A stretch of 64,000 nt of DNA from an uncultured cyanobacterium (GTDB lineage: Bacteria; Cyanobacteriota; Cyanobacteriia; Cyanobacteriales; Nostocaceae). The DNA lies in the NCBI GenBank assembly GCA_963740315.1, contig CAVUDP010000001.1:1472001-1536000 (forward strand), written 5' to 3'. Of this stretch, positions 1 through 11,407 are shown in pieces. Position 1 is the first letter of the stretch. The number at the start of each line of letters is the position of its first letter. A program made the position numbers and the translations under genes. Under the pieces are notes generated by a model. The model did no database searches, had not been told where the DNA came from, and was given only the letters and a program-made list of their open reading frames with translations.

Positions 1-496
1 CAACTATCAAACCAACTAAAGTTAATAAAACTGCTCTACCAAATCTACTTTCTTTACGATTGAGAAAATAAATACTTACTCCAACTCCAAGTACCAGCAT
101 TAATTGTAAAACTTGGTCGCCTCCAGCTCTATAAAACAAGCTGGTGGTACTCAAACCGAGATACCAAACTCCAGGCAAAACTACATCAAGAGTGCTGGGT
201 TGATCTACAATGCGTTGCAGCCATGCAGGTGACTGCTTTTTCGGAACTGGACTTGCGTCGGCAGCGTCTAGCTCTCTGCGTTCGGGAAAGCGAATGCGTT
301 CGGGTACTTTGATTTTCCCTTCTTGACGCATCCGCAAGCGGTCCATTAATACAGCATCATAAGCCGCTTCAATCATTTCAAGACGCTTGCTATCACCACT
401 ATATTCTTCTACTAGGCGATTGCGTGTATCTTGAATTTCTTCAAAGCTAGCGTCTTCTGATACCCCAAGTTTTTCGTAGGGATTTTGGTCGCTCAT
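1..496 (-). CDS. CPP1-like family protein (J-like N-terminus, membrane C-terminus); runs off the left edge
   Basis: Manual translation from ATG at 496: MSDQNPYEKLGVSEDASFEEIQDTRNRL...IEAAYDAVLMDRLRMRQEGKIKVPERIRFPE, the typical cyanobacterial CPP1-like pattern. Not in the ORF track. Confidence 0.85.
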   Translation of the reverse strand, partial: MSDQNPYEKLGVSEDASFEEIQDTRNRLVEEYSGDSKRLEMIEAAYDAVLMDRLRMRQEGKIKVPERIRFPERRELDAADASPVPKKQSPAWLQRIVDQPSTLDVVLPGVWYLGLSTTSLFYRAGGDQVLQLMLVLGVGVSIYFLNRKESRFGRAVLLTLVGLIV

Positions 497-541
497 GAGT
501 GTTAATTACTGATAGCTTATGCGGCAGCAGTTTGTTGTTTA

Positions 542-1126
542 TTGACGCTTCCCACCCTATAGAGGGATGAGGATTCTTGATTCACAGAGTCATCCGTAAA
601 CCTCCCTATCCGACGAGCGTAGCGCTACTACATTCGACGGGAGTGTTTGACCGAACACCGGCACTAAAATCAGGGGTGTCTAGGCAATTTAGGAAAGATT
701 TAAAAGGAAACTCTCCCCAAGCTTGTCGGGCATTTTTCAACCCGCGTTTCCGCACGCCCTACGGTACGTTATTATGTAAATTTTTAGTTTTCTAAGTCGG
801 TACGCATCTGTTAAGATACATCTAGGTTTTTTTTTATGTGGACTTACCTTTAGATAGGAGCTTTTTTATTTTCCATACAGGACGAGCGAACAATATAGCT
901 TCAATTTATATTGTCTCTTTTCTGCGGATTTGTTGACTTTGGGCAAATCAACCATTACTGATAAATAATCTAATAGCTACATTTTAATATCTTAGCCACT
1001 AATTTACTTTTTATTTAGCTAATTATTGCCAGCGAAGAGGGTTTGCATAAAAACTTTTCTTCTAAAAAATTGTTATGGGTTCCTCAACCCCCATCCTTAA
1101 AAGGTATAGGGTGTGACGGCGGTTTA
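542..1126 (-). mobile_element. Non-autonomous IS200/IS605-family element with internally deleted tnpB
   Basis: On the minus strand: left end TTAT-TAAACCGCCGTCACACCCTATACCTTTTAAGGATGGGGG (subterminal hairpin). A short ORF at 955 (MVDLPKVNKSAEKRQYKLKLYC) resembles a TnpB N-terminus. A TnpB 3'-like segment CGTACCGTAGGGCGTGCGGAAAC...GCTTGGGGAGA follows. The right end GAATCAAGAATCCTCATCCCTCTATAGGGTGGGAAGCGTCAA is a hairpin ending in TCAA. Confidence 0.65.
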
Positions 1127-1786
1127 ATAAAAACTATTTTATGATTTATTTTGGTAGAAACCAATATTAATGAGTCAATTTTAATAGTCTTACCTAAATA
1201 GAAGTATGACATCAACGAAATAAACGCAAGTAATTTTCGCTAATAGTAACTTTAACATATCGCAATAACTCCGTGTATCCCCTCATGCCGTTGGCAGTCA
1301 GGGGCTTTACTCTAGAATTTGAGATAAAAACACGAAAGTGGGCAACTTTTATGAAAAAATTAAACTTTGTGTTTTATGTAAAGCAGTGGTATTTTCCCCG
1401 AGGAAGATTTTAATCGATAAACCTCCTTGTTCATTTCGTGCCTTTTAAACGCATATAGATTTAAAATTGATAGCGTTTAAGTAATTTGGAACTTGAAGTT
1501 ACCAGTTTTCTAGTTTAATCTTCAAGTAAGGTCGTGGCATTTTGGATATCTACCTATAATTGTTAGATATTCTTGTAAATGAAGAAGAGCATTACTGCTT
1601 TATACTCAGGGTTGCATAAAAGATAAAATTTACGCTCTCATTACCGAAGCCAAGGCATTACACTAGTATGTATTTGGAACAACGGGTCGGGAGAATTTTA
1701 GCCTTGTAGTTTATTATTGCCCAAAAGCGGATATCCGCGCCTTAAAAACGTAATCCGCCTGTAAATCCTATGAATTTTTTTGCAAA

Positions 1787-2518
1787 GTGATGGTCATGGC
1801 TCCTGCTGCCAAGATTCTTGTAGTTGACGACGATCCAGCCGTTAGAAATTTAATTCAACGCTTCTTGATGAAGCAGAGCTATCAAGTGGAAGCTGCCGAA
1901 GATGGCAAAACCGCATTAGCTCTCTTCGAGCAATTTAACCCGGATTTGGTAGTTTTAGACGTTAATTTACCAGATGTAATCGGGTTTAACCTTTGCCAAG
2001 AAATGCAGAGTCGTAACGGTGTTTTTGTTCTTATGCTGACTAGTCGTGCGGACGAAGCCGATAAAATTCGCGGCTTTTCCAAAGGTGCTGACGACTATCT
2101 CACCAAGCCTTTCGGTTTGGGAGAGTTAGAAGTCAGAGTCGCAGCCATTCTGCGCCGTCAGCGCGTTGTAACTACAGCGGAACAGAAACGTTTGGTTTTT
2201 GAAAGATTGATGATAGATCCTGTTAGGCGAGAAGTTGCGCTCAATAATCTACCAGTTCCTTTAACTGCGTTGGAGTTTGACTTACTGCATTTCCTAGCCA
2301 GTCATCCCGGTAGAGTTTGGCGACGTGCCGAACTTATCCAGGAGGTATGGGATTATGAATATGTTGGCGACCAAAGAGTTGTAGACGTACACATCGGTCA
2401 AATTCGTAAAAAGATTGAAGCTGATGCTGCTCAGCCTGCATTAATTCAAACAGTGCGTGGTGTTGGATATAAATTTGAATGCCCAGCCCCTGCTCAACAA
2501 CCTGAGAAAGTAGTTTAA
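1787..2518 (+). CDS. OmpR-family response regulator (receiver + winged helix), possibly SrrA-like
   Basis: KILVVDDD, LDVNLP, GADDYLTKPF, VDVHIGQIRKKIE, IQTVRGVGYKF. The true start may be the ATG at 1790 or 1796. Confidence 0.92.
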   Translation: MMVMAPAAKILVVDDDPAVRNLIQRFLMKQSYQVEAAEDGKTALALFEQFNPDLVVLDVNLPDVIGFNLCQEMQSRNGVFVLMLTSRADEADKIRGFSKGADDYLTKPFGLGELEVRVAAILRRQRVVTTAEQKRLVFERLMIDPVRREVALNNLPVPLTALEFDLLHFLASHPGRVWRRAELIQEVWDYEYVGDQRVVDVHIGQIRKKIEADAAQPALIQTVRGVGYKFECPAPAQQPEKVV

Positions 2519-2524
2519 TGTAAC

Positions 2525-2544
2525 GGGAGGTTAAACCTCCTTTT
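2525..2544 (+). terminator. Intrinsic terminator after the response regulator
   Basis: GGAGGTT-A-AACCTCC inverted repeat followed by TTTT. Confidence 0.55.
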
Positions 2545-3366
2545 ACGCATTCTCGGCTTTTTAAGAGCCATTTCGCTTGATAAAACTCAACAGTTTAGAA
2601 TTAATAGCAAAGCTAAACTAAACTATGAATTGCTAATAGATATTGTCAGAATATCAATGAAAATGTTTGTGCAGTTCAAGCAATAAATAAGGTGTTTGCT
2701 TAAAGACCATATTTATTCGCCGTCTTCAGTTTGATAATTTTGTTGTTTGAAATAGAAATGTAAACCATAAACTATTTTATTTAAATCATCTTGAAGCAAA
2801 ATATTAATTTTATTAGTTCTTCAGTACAAAACGCTGAGATTAATGCTATACGAAGAGTATTACGTTGCATAACTGACGTTTACAGAATAATATAGTTTTT
2901 TTCACTGTTCTCTATTCCCTGTTCCCTCTTATACTAACTATTTAATTAGCATAAACTTGTAAGGCTATAGCCATTTTATTTAGGAATTAAAGGTGTTAAG
3001 AAACTCAGTTTTTTAATTCTTTACTTAAGGCAGCCCGCCTTCAAGTTTTACTATTTACAACTTTTATACTAAAATTATTAATTAAAAAAATTTAAAAATC
3101 TTGTTTCAATTTCACTATAAGGTCTGTTGTCATCTCAACAATGACGGCATTAACAGCATTAAATAATTGATTTCAAAAACATTTTTTGATATTTGGTAAG
3201 TTGTAAAATATTTTACAACTTAACTTAGTTATAGATAAATAATCTCATCCCTTCATACTAGCACACAACTCTCATAAAGAAACACTTTACTAACGATCTC
3301 TCTTTCCGTTGCGTGCCATTTAGGGACTTGTAGACGCTTAATTCATTGCTGACTCAACCTAAAATA

Positions 3367-3564
3367 CTAGCAATGATGAAATAACGTTTCCAAATAAACA
3401 CGAGCCGCGCGGCGATCGCTATCTCCATTTTGGAGTAGAAACAAAGACAGAGCGGCAGTAAGTACTCGGTCTTGATCCCAATCTGGATGGGTTTCTAAAT
3501 AATTTTTCAATGATTCGTGAAGTGTCTCGGGGACTTGTGCTGCAAGGCTAACTGTAGCGTTCAT
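3367..3564 (-). CDS. DUF2811-family small cyanobacterial protein
   Basis: MNATVSLAAQVPETLHESLKNYLETHPDWDQDRVLTAALSLFLLQNG; ATG at 3564 is preceded by AGGAG. Confidence 0.85.
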   Translation of the reverse strand: MNATVSLAAQVPETLHESLKNYLETHPDWDQDRVLTAALSLFLLQNGDSDRRAARVYLETLFHHC

Positions 3565-3910
3565 AATTATTCTCCTGAAAATCAGACTATGGGAGTTCGG
3601 ACCGACGTTGAGTTTATGGAAAACATACATTGTTGACTAAGCGGTGCTACATAAAGGCATCGGGATGCAATATTACATCGATAACTTGGGTTGTCGAAAA
3701 AAAATCTTGTCGCATCATTTTGCGCTAAAGGGGGGTAGGTTTGTCAATGCTGCGAAATGTTATGAAACTAGGTATAAAATTTTCTGGCTTACGGGATAAT
3801 CAAGCTTAGATACGTTTTATTGTTACAATAATTAACTATAACTCAGTCTTTACAAATTCTGACTGCGACAAAAAGAATCCCCAGCAATATGTCATAGAAG
3901 CCTATTCAAA

Positions 3911-3974
3911 CGTAGATAACCTGTGGAAAAACAATAAGAAACCTGTGGAAATCATGTGGAATCGTTGAGGAAAA
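3911..3974. promoter_or_regulatory. Cluster of DnaA-box-like nonamers at 11-bp phasing
   Basis: CGTAGATAA 3911, TGTGGAAAA 3922 (perfect reverse complement of TTTTCCACA), TGTGGAAAT 3944, TGTGGAATC 3955, TGAGGAAAA 3966. Confidence 0.55.
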
Positions 3975-4029
3975 TTCCAGTTAATGATAAGAATTACAAC
4001 GCATATTATCTGTTTATTGCAATTTGCCA

Positions 4030-5286
4030 ATGAAATCCTTTCTCCGTAGGCACTTACCGACTATTGATGCTCAAATTTGGATTTTGGCTGTTGGTCGATT
4101 GCTAAGTGAAGTGGGTACGGGTTTTACTTTGTTTTACGCCCCTATTTTCTTTGTCAATCAAATCGGTTTATCAGCAACTACCGTTGGTATCGCTTTAGGT
4201 AGTAGTTCTATTTCAGGGGTTGTCGGACGTATTTTGGGAGGTTCTTTAGCCGATTCCCCAAAATGGGGTCGTCGTCGTACTTTACTGCTTAGTGCTGCTA
4301 TTTCAGCGATTGGTTCTTTAGTTTTAGCCGCAACTAATAATTTTGTCACCCTTGTAATTGGTAATTTGATAAACGGCTTAGGCGTGGGTTTATATTGGCC
4401 CGCCACAGAGGCTGTTGTTGCCGATTTAACTAATAGCGATAACAGCCGCGAAGCGTTTGCTATTACAAGGTTTGCTGACAATATTGGTCTGGGTTTAGGA
4501 ATAGTTTTAGCAGGAGTCTTGGTAGCAAATACTGCTAATTATCGCTTGCTATTTATTATTGATGGAGTATCATTTATTGTATTTTTCGCGGTTATTTATG
4601 CATCAATTAAACCAACATCACATCAAACCGCAGGTGCAAGATCGGATTCAACCCCGCAACAAGCAACTTCTTGGATAGCAGCATTAAAAGATAATCGTTT
4701 GCTTATATTTGTGGTAGTGAATATTATCTTTACTACCTATATTTCTCAGTTACACAGTACTCTGCCTCTTTATTTCAAGAATTTTATTCAGGTTTCGCAA
4801 GTAGAGAAAGGATTTGTTGAAACAACTATCAGCGCTCTTTTTACTTGGCACTTAATAGTCGCGATAATTGCACAATTACCCGTTGCTCGGTTGATGAAGC
4901 GTTTCTCCCACTTTGTAGCGCTTAGCATTTCTGCCGTATTATGGGCAATTGGCTTTGTTTGTATCTGGGTAACAGGTGTTTCGTCTTCTTATTCAATAGT
5001 TTGGGCAGCGATCGCATTGTTCTTATTTGCCTTAGCTATCGTCTCCTACACCCCTTCAGCCGCAGCTTTTGTCAGCGAAATAGCTCCAGTGGATAAACGC
5101 GGGATCTATTTTTCGATTAATTCCCTTTGCTGGGCTGCTGGCTATTTAATTGGTCCCCCTTTAGGTGGTTGGGCATTAGACCAATCCCAATTTGCGATCG
5201 ATAGTTTTTGGTTGAGTTTAGCCGCAAGCGTTATTTTGACGATTGCGATTTTACGCTATTTGCATCGTTTGATTTCGAGTTCATGA
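4030..5286 (+). CDS. MFS transporter
   Basis: About 12 hydrophobic segments and MFS motif A GSLADSPKWGRR; ATG at 4030. Confidence 0.9.
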   Translation: MKSFLRRHLPTIDAQIWILAVGRLLSEVGTGFTLFYAPIFFVNQIGLSATTVGIALGSSSISGVVGRILGGSLADSPKWGRRRTLLLSAAISAIGSLVLAATNNFVTLVIGNLINGLGVGLYWPATEAVVADLTNSDNSREAFAITRFADNIGLGLGIVLAGVLVANTANYRLLFIIDGVSFIVFFAVIYASIKPTSHQTAGARSDSTPQQATSWIAALKDNRLLIFVVVNIIFTTYISQLHSTLPLYFKNFIQVSQVEKGFVETTISALFTWHLIVAIIAQLPVARLMKRFSHFVALSISAVLWAIGFVCIWVTGVSSSYSIVWAAIALFLFALAIVSYTPSAAAFVSEIAPVDKRGIYFSINSLCWAAGYLIGPPLGGWALDQSQFAIDSFWLSLAASVILTIAILRYLHRLISSS

Positions 5287-5714
5287 TTTCTACTAACAGC
5301 AAGCCATTAATTTATAGTGCGATCGTTAACTTATCAGTTTATAAAATCAATTTATAAACTTTAAATATATAATTAGTTTATAAAAAAATTATTTATTGTT
5401 TTGAAATATTAAGGCGCAATTCGTGATAATATCTTTTATATAATGGAAATATGATTCAAAAAAATATTTAGGCTGATATTCCCATTATAAAAATAATAGC
5501 ATCAAAGCCGCTATCAAATCGCTTCTTGAAAAAAAATTTTAACGCGAGAAAAAATTACATTTATAAAAGAGTTATAGAAAAGATTCGCGAAAACGATCAA
5601 TTCCCAATTCGCTCTTATACGAATATCTAATTAATATTGCACTTGTATCGAAGAATCATAAGATTTGAGTCATTAATAGTTAATGACTCAAAAATAAATA
5701 AATTGAAACAGGAT

Positions 5715-6362
5715 TTATTTGCGTCGCTCTTGTAACTTACGAAAAACAGATTTTAAATCGACATGATGATGAGCCAAAGCGACCAAAGTATGATATAACA
5801 AATCTGCAACTTCACCGGCGATCGCATCAGCATCATCATCTTTGCAAGCCATAACCACCTCAGCCGATTCCTCACCAATCTTTTTCAAAATCTTGTTATC
5901 GCCACCTTGGAATAACTTACAAGTGTAAGAATCAACGTTCGGGTTATCGCGTCGATTGGATATGATGTCAAACAACTGTGACAAAGTATCGGCAGGAGGT
6001 GGAATAATTTTGCTGTCAACTTGATGAAAACAACTCCTTTCGCCGGTATGACAAGCAATATCTCCCACTTGTTCAACACCAATTAAAAGAGCATCACTAT
6101 CGCAGTCGTAGCGGAGACTATGTACGTGCTGAAGATGTCCGCTTGTCGCACCCTTATGCCATAATTCCTGACGCGATCGGCTCCAAAACCAAGTTTCTCC
6201 AGTTTCCAGAGTCTTCATTAAGGATTCTTGATTCATCCATGCCATCATCAAAACCGTGCCATCTAAATAATCTTGGACTATAGCTGGCACCAAACCTCGT
6301 TCGTCGTAGCGAATTTTTTCAACGGGGATATAGTTTTGCGAATCTGTTACAGAAAAAAACAT
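5715..6362 (-). CDS. hisIE: Bifunctional phosphoribosyl-AMP cyclohydrolase / phosphoribosyl-ATP pyrophosphatase
   Basis: [51 protein letters not shown]. Confidence 0.97.
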   Translation of the reverse strand: MFFSVTDSQNYIPVEKIRYDERGLVPAIVQDYLDGTVLMMAWMNQESLMKTLETGETWFWSRSRQELWHKGATSGHLQHVHSLRYDCDSDALLIGVEQVGDIACHTGERSCFHQVDSKIIPPPADTLSQLFDIISNRRDNPNVDSYTCKLFQGGDNKILKKIGEESAEVVMACKDDDADAIAGEVADLLYHTLVALAHHHVDLKSVFRKLQERRK

Positions 6363-6468
6363 ACCAGCTAGATACCGCCCTTTAATAAGAATGATTCATA
6401 AATTCACGATATCATTCTGTATGGTGTATCTTAATGGAATGTTTTTCCTCTATGCTTACGATTAGACA

Positions 6469-6654
6469 TCAAATCATGTTTCTTTGCATAGCCGAGTGCA
6501 TTCTCAATGCACTTAAAGCAACTTGATGGGCTTTGGGAGCTTCACCGTACCAATGAATAGCCGAGTTAAAAGCCGCCCGATAGACATCTTGAACAGCCGA
6601 CGAGTAGCGATTGCGAATCTCATACGGCAAATCCTGATTTGACTTATATAACAT
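6469..6654 (-). CDS. ChaB-family protein
   Basis: MLYKSNQDLP..IRNRY...VQDVYRAAFNSA...AHQVALSA matches the ChaB pattern. Confidence 0.75.
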   Translation of the reverse strand: MLYKSNQDLPYEIRNRYSSAVQDVYRAAFNSAIHWYGEAPKAHQVALSALRMHSAMQRNMI

Positions 6655-6767
6655 ATTGTTATTTTCCAGGGAACGCTAGTTCAGCTAATTTACTAGGATA
6701 TAAGTTTGAAGCAGTCTTAACCCCTATCAAAAGATAGACCATTATAATTACACTCTAGGAGACAGCC

Positions 6768-8066
6768 TTGGTTAATACAACGATTAAAACTACCAAATCA
6801 CAAGAAATCTTTGCCGCAGCTCAAAGTTTGATGCCGGGAGGAGTTAATTCTCCCGTGCGTGCTTTTAAATCTGTAGGCGGACAGCCTATTGTTTTTGATC
6901 GAGTAAAAGGCGCGTACATTTGGGATGTAGATGGCAATGAATATATAGATTACGTGGGTACTTGGGGTCCGGCAATTTGCGGTCATGCCAATCCCGAAGT
7001 AATCGCCGCGCTGCATGAAGCCCTCGAAAAAGGTACTAGCTTCGGTGCCCCTTGTGTTTTAGAAAATGTTTTGGCGGAAATGGTCATCGATGCCGTCCCC
7101 AGTATTGAGATGGTAAGATTTGTTAACTCTGGGACGGAAGCCTGCATGGCTGTGTTAAGGCTGATGCGAGCTTTTACCAAACGAGACAAAATTATTAAAT
7201 TTGAAGGCTGTTACCACGGTCACGCGGATATGTTTCTGGTAAAAGCAGGTTCTGGAGTGGCTACCTTGGGTTTACCCGATTCTCCAGGGGTTCCGAAATC
7301 AGTTACCAGCGACACCTTAACCGCACCCTTCAATGACCTAGAAGCCGTAAAAGTACTATTTGAAGAAAATCGCTCAGAAATTGCTGGCGTAATTTTGGAG
7401 CCAGTCGTAGGAAATGCTGGTTTTATTCCTCCCGATGCTGGATTTCTGGAAGGACTGCGCGAAATTACCCAGGAACACGGCGCTTTATTGGTATTCGATG
7501 AAGTAATGACAGGTTTCCGTATCTCCTACGGTGGCGCTCAAGAAAAGTTTGGTGTTACCCCAGACTTAACCACTTTAGGTAAGATTATCGGCGGTGGTTT
7601 ACCTGTAGGAGCCTACGGTGGTCGTCGAGATATCATGTCTATGGTGGCACCCGCAGGACCAATGTATCAAGCCGGAACCTTAAGCGGTAATCCTTTGGCG
7701 ATGACTGCGGGCATCAAGACATTGGAATTGCTACAAAAGCCGGGTACTTACGATTACTTGGAACGAGTTACCAAAAAGTTAGCGGATGGTTTACTACAAG
7801 TTGCGAGTGAAACTGGTCATGCTGCTTGTGGTGGTAATATCAGCGGGATGTTTGGTATGTTCTTTACGAATGGTCCGGTTCATAACTACGAAGATGCCAA
7901 AACTTCGGATACATCTAAATTTGGACGTTTCCATCGCGGGATGTTAGAACACGGTATTTATTTAGCTCCCTCTCAATTTGAAGCTGGATTTACCTCTATA
8001 GCTCATACTGAGGAAGATATTGAGCAAACTTTGCAAGCTGCACGAGATGTTATGTCTGGTTTGTAA
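6768..8066 (+). CDS. hemL: Glutamate-1-semialdehyde 2,1-aminomutase
   Basis: [55 protein letters not shown]. Confidence 0.98.
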   Translation: MVNTTIKTTKSQEIFAAAQSLMPGGVNSPVRAFKSVGGQPIVFDRVKGAYIWDVDGNEYIDYVGTWGPAICGHANPEVIAALHEALEKGTSFGAPCVLENVLAEMVIDAVPSIEMVRFVNSGTEACMAVLRLMRAFTKRDKIIKFEGCYHGHADMFLVKAGSGVATLGLPDSPGVPKSVTSDTLTAPFNDLEAVKVLFEENRSEIAGVILEPVVGNAGFIPPDAGFLEGLREITQEHGALLVFDEVMTGFRISYGGAQEKFGVTPDLTTLGKIIGGGLPVGAYGGRRDIMSMVAPAGPMYQAGTLSGNPLAMTAGIKTLELLQKPGTYDYLERVTKKLADGLLQVASETGHAACGGNISGMFGMFFTNGPVHNYEDAKTSDTSKFGRFHRGMLEHGIYLAPSQFEAGFTSIAHTEEDIEQTLQAARDVMSGL

Positions 8067-8095
8067 AAAACAATTACGGCTAAATGCTCGTATAC

Positions 8096-8133
8096 TTATC
8101 AATCCCGTCTTATTTGTAAAACGGGATTGATAA
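8096..8133. terminator. Bidirectional terminator hairpin between hemL and the metallothionein gene
   Basis: TTATCAATCCCGT ... ACGGGATTGATAA, a 13-bp inverted repeat between convergent genes. Confidence 0.65.
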
Positions 8134-8152
8134 AAATGCAAAAAAATCAGCT

Positions 8153-8323
8153 TCAATCGCTACAGCCACAACCACTATGTCCGCAACCTGTTATGGTTTT
8201 GTGTCCTTCAGCGCAAGCTTCAGAACAATAGTATTGACCGTCTTTGTTAACTGCACTTTCAACTTTCACAATACACAAACATTTCTCGCACGCACATTTC
8301 ATTAGATCTACGCTAGTCGTCAT
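8153..8323 (-). CDS. smtA: Bacterial metallothionein (SmtA/BmtA family), 56 aa; not in the ORF track
   Basis: Manual translation MTTSVDLMKCACEKCLCIVKVESAVNKDGQYYCSEACAEGHKTITGCGHSGCGCSD, with KCACxxCLC, YYCSEACAxGH and GCGHxGCGC; GAGG RBS upstream. Confidence 0.95.
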   Translation of the reverse strand: MTTSVDLMKCACEKCLCIVKVESAVNKDGQYYCSEACAEGHKTITGCGHSGCGCSD

Positions 8324-8363
8324 TTTTCTCTAACCTCTAAAAAACCTTTCAAACTTATTGTAT

Positions 8364-8389
8364 AACATCTGAACAGATATTCATATATA
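8364..8389. promoter_or_regulatory. SmtB/ZiaR-type 12-2-12 metal-responsive operator
   Basis: AACATCTGAACA-GA-TATTCATATATA, with the TGAA-N6-TTCA core, directly upstream of smtA. Confidence 0.8.
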
Positions 8390-8715
8390 CATAAGTATAG
8401 ATTTTTTCGCTTTAATTTCGGGATTAGGGAGTTCCGAGTAGGGAACGGTTATATAACCGAGCAGTAAATATAGTAAATATATAAATAATGCGGGCTTGAT
8501 TAGTAATTTTGGAAAGCGACTGAAATTGCGAATGATAAGTGGAAAAAACCTAAAATTCCGTATTTACACTATAAATTATTTAAATATTGCTTAAACTTTA
8601 GAAACTCTTCAAAACAAACCCAGCAATTTGCACCTGGCAGTTTAAAATTCATATCTCAATAATAGAGATAGAGTAATTTCTCCCTATTATTATTGTTGTA
8701 GCGAGTTGACAGTGC

Positions 8716-10326
8716 ATGAGCTACTGCTTAAATCCGAACTGTCCTAGTCCAGAAAACTTGCCTTTTAGTGAAAGATGCCAATCTTGTGGGGCGCGAATTT
8801 TGTTACGCGAGCGCTACCGAGTGACCAAATCTTTGGGTCAAGGTGGCTTTGGAGCAACCTTTGTTGCACAAGATGAAGCATTACCGGGGGAACCAAGTTG
8901 TGTAATTAAGCAACTGCGTCCTTCCGGAACAGCACCCCATGTTTTGCAAATGGCACGGGAATTATTTGAGCGAGAAGCCGTAACTCTGGGTAGGATTGGG
9001 AATCATCCCCAAGTTCCACGTTTACTAGACTATTTTGAAGACCGCGAACATTTCTATTTAATCCAAGAATACGTTCACGGATTAACTATACAGCAGGAGG
9101 TAAAACGCAACGGAGTATCAACCGAAGTAGGAGTAAAGCAGTTTTTAAGTGAAATTCTACCATTACTGCAATATATTCATTCCCAGAAAGTAATTCACCG
9201 CGATATTAAACCCGCCAACTTGATTCGTCGCGCTCAAGATGCCAGATTAGTTCTAATTGACTTTGGTGCTGTCAAAAATCAAGTTAGCCAAACAGCGGCG
9301 ATGCAATCAGGACAAACAGCATTAACTGCCTATGCTATTGGTACTCCTGGTTTTGCACCTCCCGAACAAATGGCAATGCGTCCGGTTTATGGTAGCGATA
9401 TTTATGCTTTAGGAATTACGTGTATATACTTGCTAACTGGTAAATCTCCCAAAGATTTGGAATATAATCCGGCAACGGGTGAGGTAATGTGGCAACATCT
9501 CGTATACCCTAGCAATCACTTTGCACAAGTACTAGCAAAAATGATGGATGTGTCGGTTCATAACCGCTACCAGTCAGCCGAAGAAGTACTCAGAGCCTTA
9601 GAAATGGAGCCTTACCTAGATAGTCTGGCTTCTGGTTTAGCAACTCCATCAAACGTTGGTGGTAATCCGAAAACTTCTACTGGTTTAACAGATGGTGCGA
9701 ATACGAACAACTCATCGACTGGTTTTTCTAGTACAGGCGTAGCCCAAGTTGCAGCAGCCATTAGAGCTAGAAAAGCAAAAGCTGCGAACGGTACTGCTTT
9801 ACGATCCCGAAGAGCTAACAATCGCGTGCTTTCATCAAGAAGTGTGACACTCGCCGATTCAACGAAATCTTATTCTGAGAAATCAAATGTACAGCGTCGT
9901 TTAAATTCGGAAAGCTTACTTACAGCTTATTTGAAAGGAAGACGAGATTTTGCTTTACACAATCTGAGTCTGCTAAATTTACAAGGCTCCGATTTATCAG
10001 AAACAAATTTTCATTCTTCTAAGTTTGAAAAAACCAATTTGCAAACCGCAAATCTTTACAATAGCGATTTTGGACGAGCTAACTTAAGTAAAGCCAATCT
10101 TAGAGATGCCAATTTAAGTAAAGCTTACTTCAATCATGCCGATTTGGAATTAGCAGACCTTCGAGGAGCAGACCTCAGCTATGCTCATTTAAGTAATGCT
10201 AATCTTCGTGGAGCTAATTTGTGTGGCGCGAATCTTACTGGAGCTAAAGTTTCTCCCGAACAATTGGCATTAGCAAAAACCAACTGGATGACTGTACGTC
10301 CTAACGGCAGAAGAGGTTTATTGTGA
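8716..10326 (+). CDS. Ser/Thr protein kinase with N-terminal Cys motif and C-terminal pentapeptide repeats (SpkB-like)
   Basis: LGQGGFG, VIKQL, HRDIKPAN, DFG, GTPGFAPPE; A(N/D)Lxx repeats at the C-terminus. Confidence 0.93.
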   Translation: MSYCLNPNCPSPENLPFSERCQSCGARILLRERYRVTKSLGQGGFGATFVAQDEALPGEPSCVIKQLRPSGTAPHVLQMARELFEREAVTLGRIGNHPQVPRLLDYFEDREHFYLIQEYVHGLTIQQEVKRNGVSTEVGVKQFLSEILPLLQYIHSQKVIHRDIKPANLIRRAQDARLVLIDFGAVKNQVSQTAAMQSGQTALTAYAIGTPGFAPPEQMAMRPVYGSDIYALGITCIYLLTGKSPKDLEYNPATGEVMWQHLVYPSNHFAQVLAKMMDVSVHNRYQSAEEVLRALEMEPYLDSLASGLATPSNVGGNPKTSTGLTDGANTNNSSTGFSSTGVAQVAAAIRARKAKAANGTALRSRRANNRVLSSRSVTLADSTKSYSEKSNVQRRLNSESLLTAYLKGRRDFALHNLSLLNLQGSDLSETNFHSSKFEKTNLQTANLYNSDFGRANLSKANLRDANLSKAYFNHADLELADLRGADLSYAHLSNANLRGANLCGANLTGAKVSPEQLALAKTNWMTVRPNGRRGLL

Positions 10327-11407
10327 TTTAATAATTTAAAACCAAAAACTAATTAGGAATCGTTTTATTTATGCTTAAATCATCATAAACCCTATATTTA
10401 TTAGCTTTTGACAAAGAAGGCGAACATAGCTCGATAGACGGAAACAATAACGTGGCGATATTATACATCCGAATGGGTTAGTTGAACATTTGTCAACTAT
10501 TTTTTACAAATCTATAAATAAATAGACGCTTCGCAAATAGTAAATTTTATGTACTAATATATTTTGCGATTAAAACTGCATATAAAAATTTCCTCTATAG
10601 TTCCTTCACCCTGGGATTATAGAGGAATATTTTATTGGAATTATGATTCTTCCGTACTTTATGCGGCATTAAATAGTCCTATAAGACGGTTGGGGGAGTA
10701 GGAAGTAGAAAAAAAGACCACCCCCGTGAGAGCGAATGTTAGTTATTAAGCGAAATAATCCTTGTATAGTAAGTATTTCAGACATTTTCGCCGAAGATTG
10801 AGATTCTCTTCGTACTTAAAAGCTAAGATTATTTCCGAATCAGCTATATATAAGTGAATCTGTATCTAATATTTATCTTGCAAAATTGCTTATTTAGCCT
10901 TTTATCAACTATAGCTGACATAATTATCTTTAAAATTATATATGATACGCAAAATTACTGATGACATCAATTTAATTTTATATAATCAAAAGCTATGATT
11001 ACATTGATTGTATAAAATTAATAGTTAAAAATTATAGCTAAATATAATAAATAAATCTATCTAAAGGTATATACGGATGTATTTTTTTAGGAAAACTTCT
11101 GCATTAGGGTTGATTACTTTTATTAAAAAATTAGGATATTTTTAATAAATCATGTTATTGTTGTCGCCAGAAAATATGTATAATATAAAGCTAAGTATAG
11201 GGGAAATAAGCTTATTAAATAAAAATTTAATTATGTTGCGCGATCGTACAGGTATTAGTAACTATTTAGGCTACTTTTAGGGACTAAGTTGTGGTAAGTG
11301 TATTATGTTTGGTCGATAAAACTTAGTCCACCTTGGATGTGAGTAAAGATATGTATGGAAACCCAGATAATTAACCGTTGCCGATCGTAAGCACAGACTA
11401 AATAGTC

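Noticed and set aside
577..795. 72-aa ORF
   Set aside because: Antisense reading of the IS200/IS605 right-end region.
1787..2518. Naming the regulator rpaA, rpaB or nrrA
   Set aside because: The N-terminus does not match those proteins as I recall them; symbol left blank.
10400..10630. Possible sRNA (two hairpins downstream of the kinase)
   Set aside because: Only terminator-like hairpins; no recognisable RNA family or promoter support.
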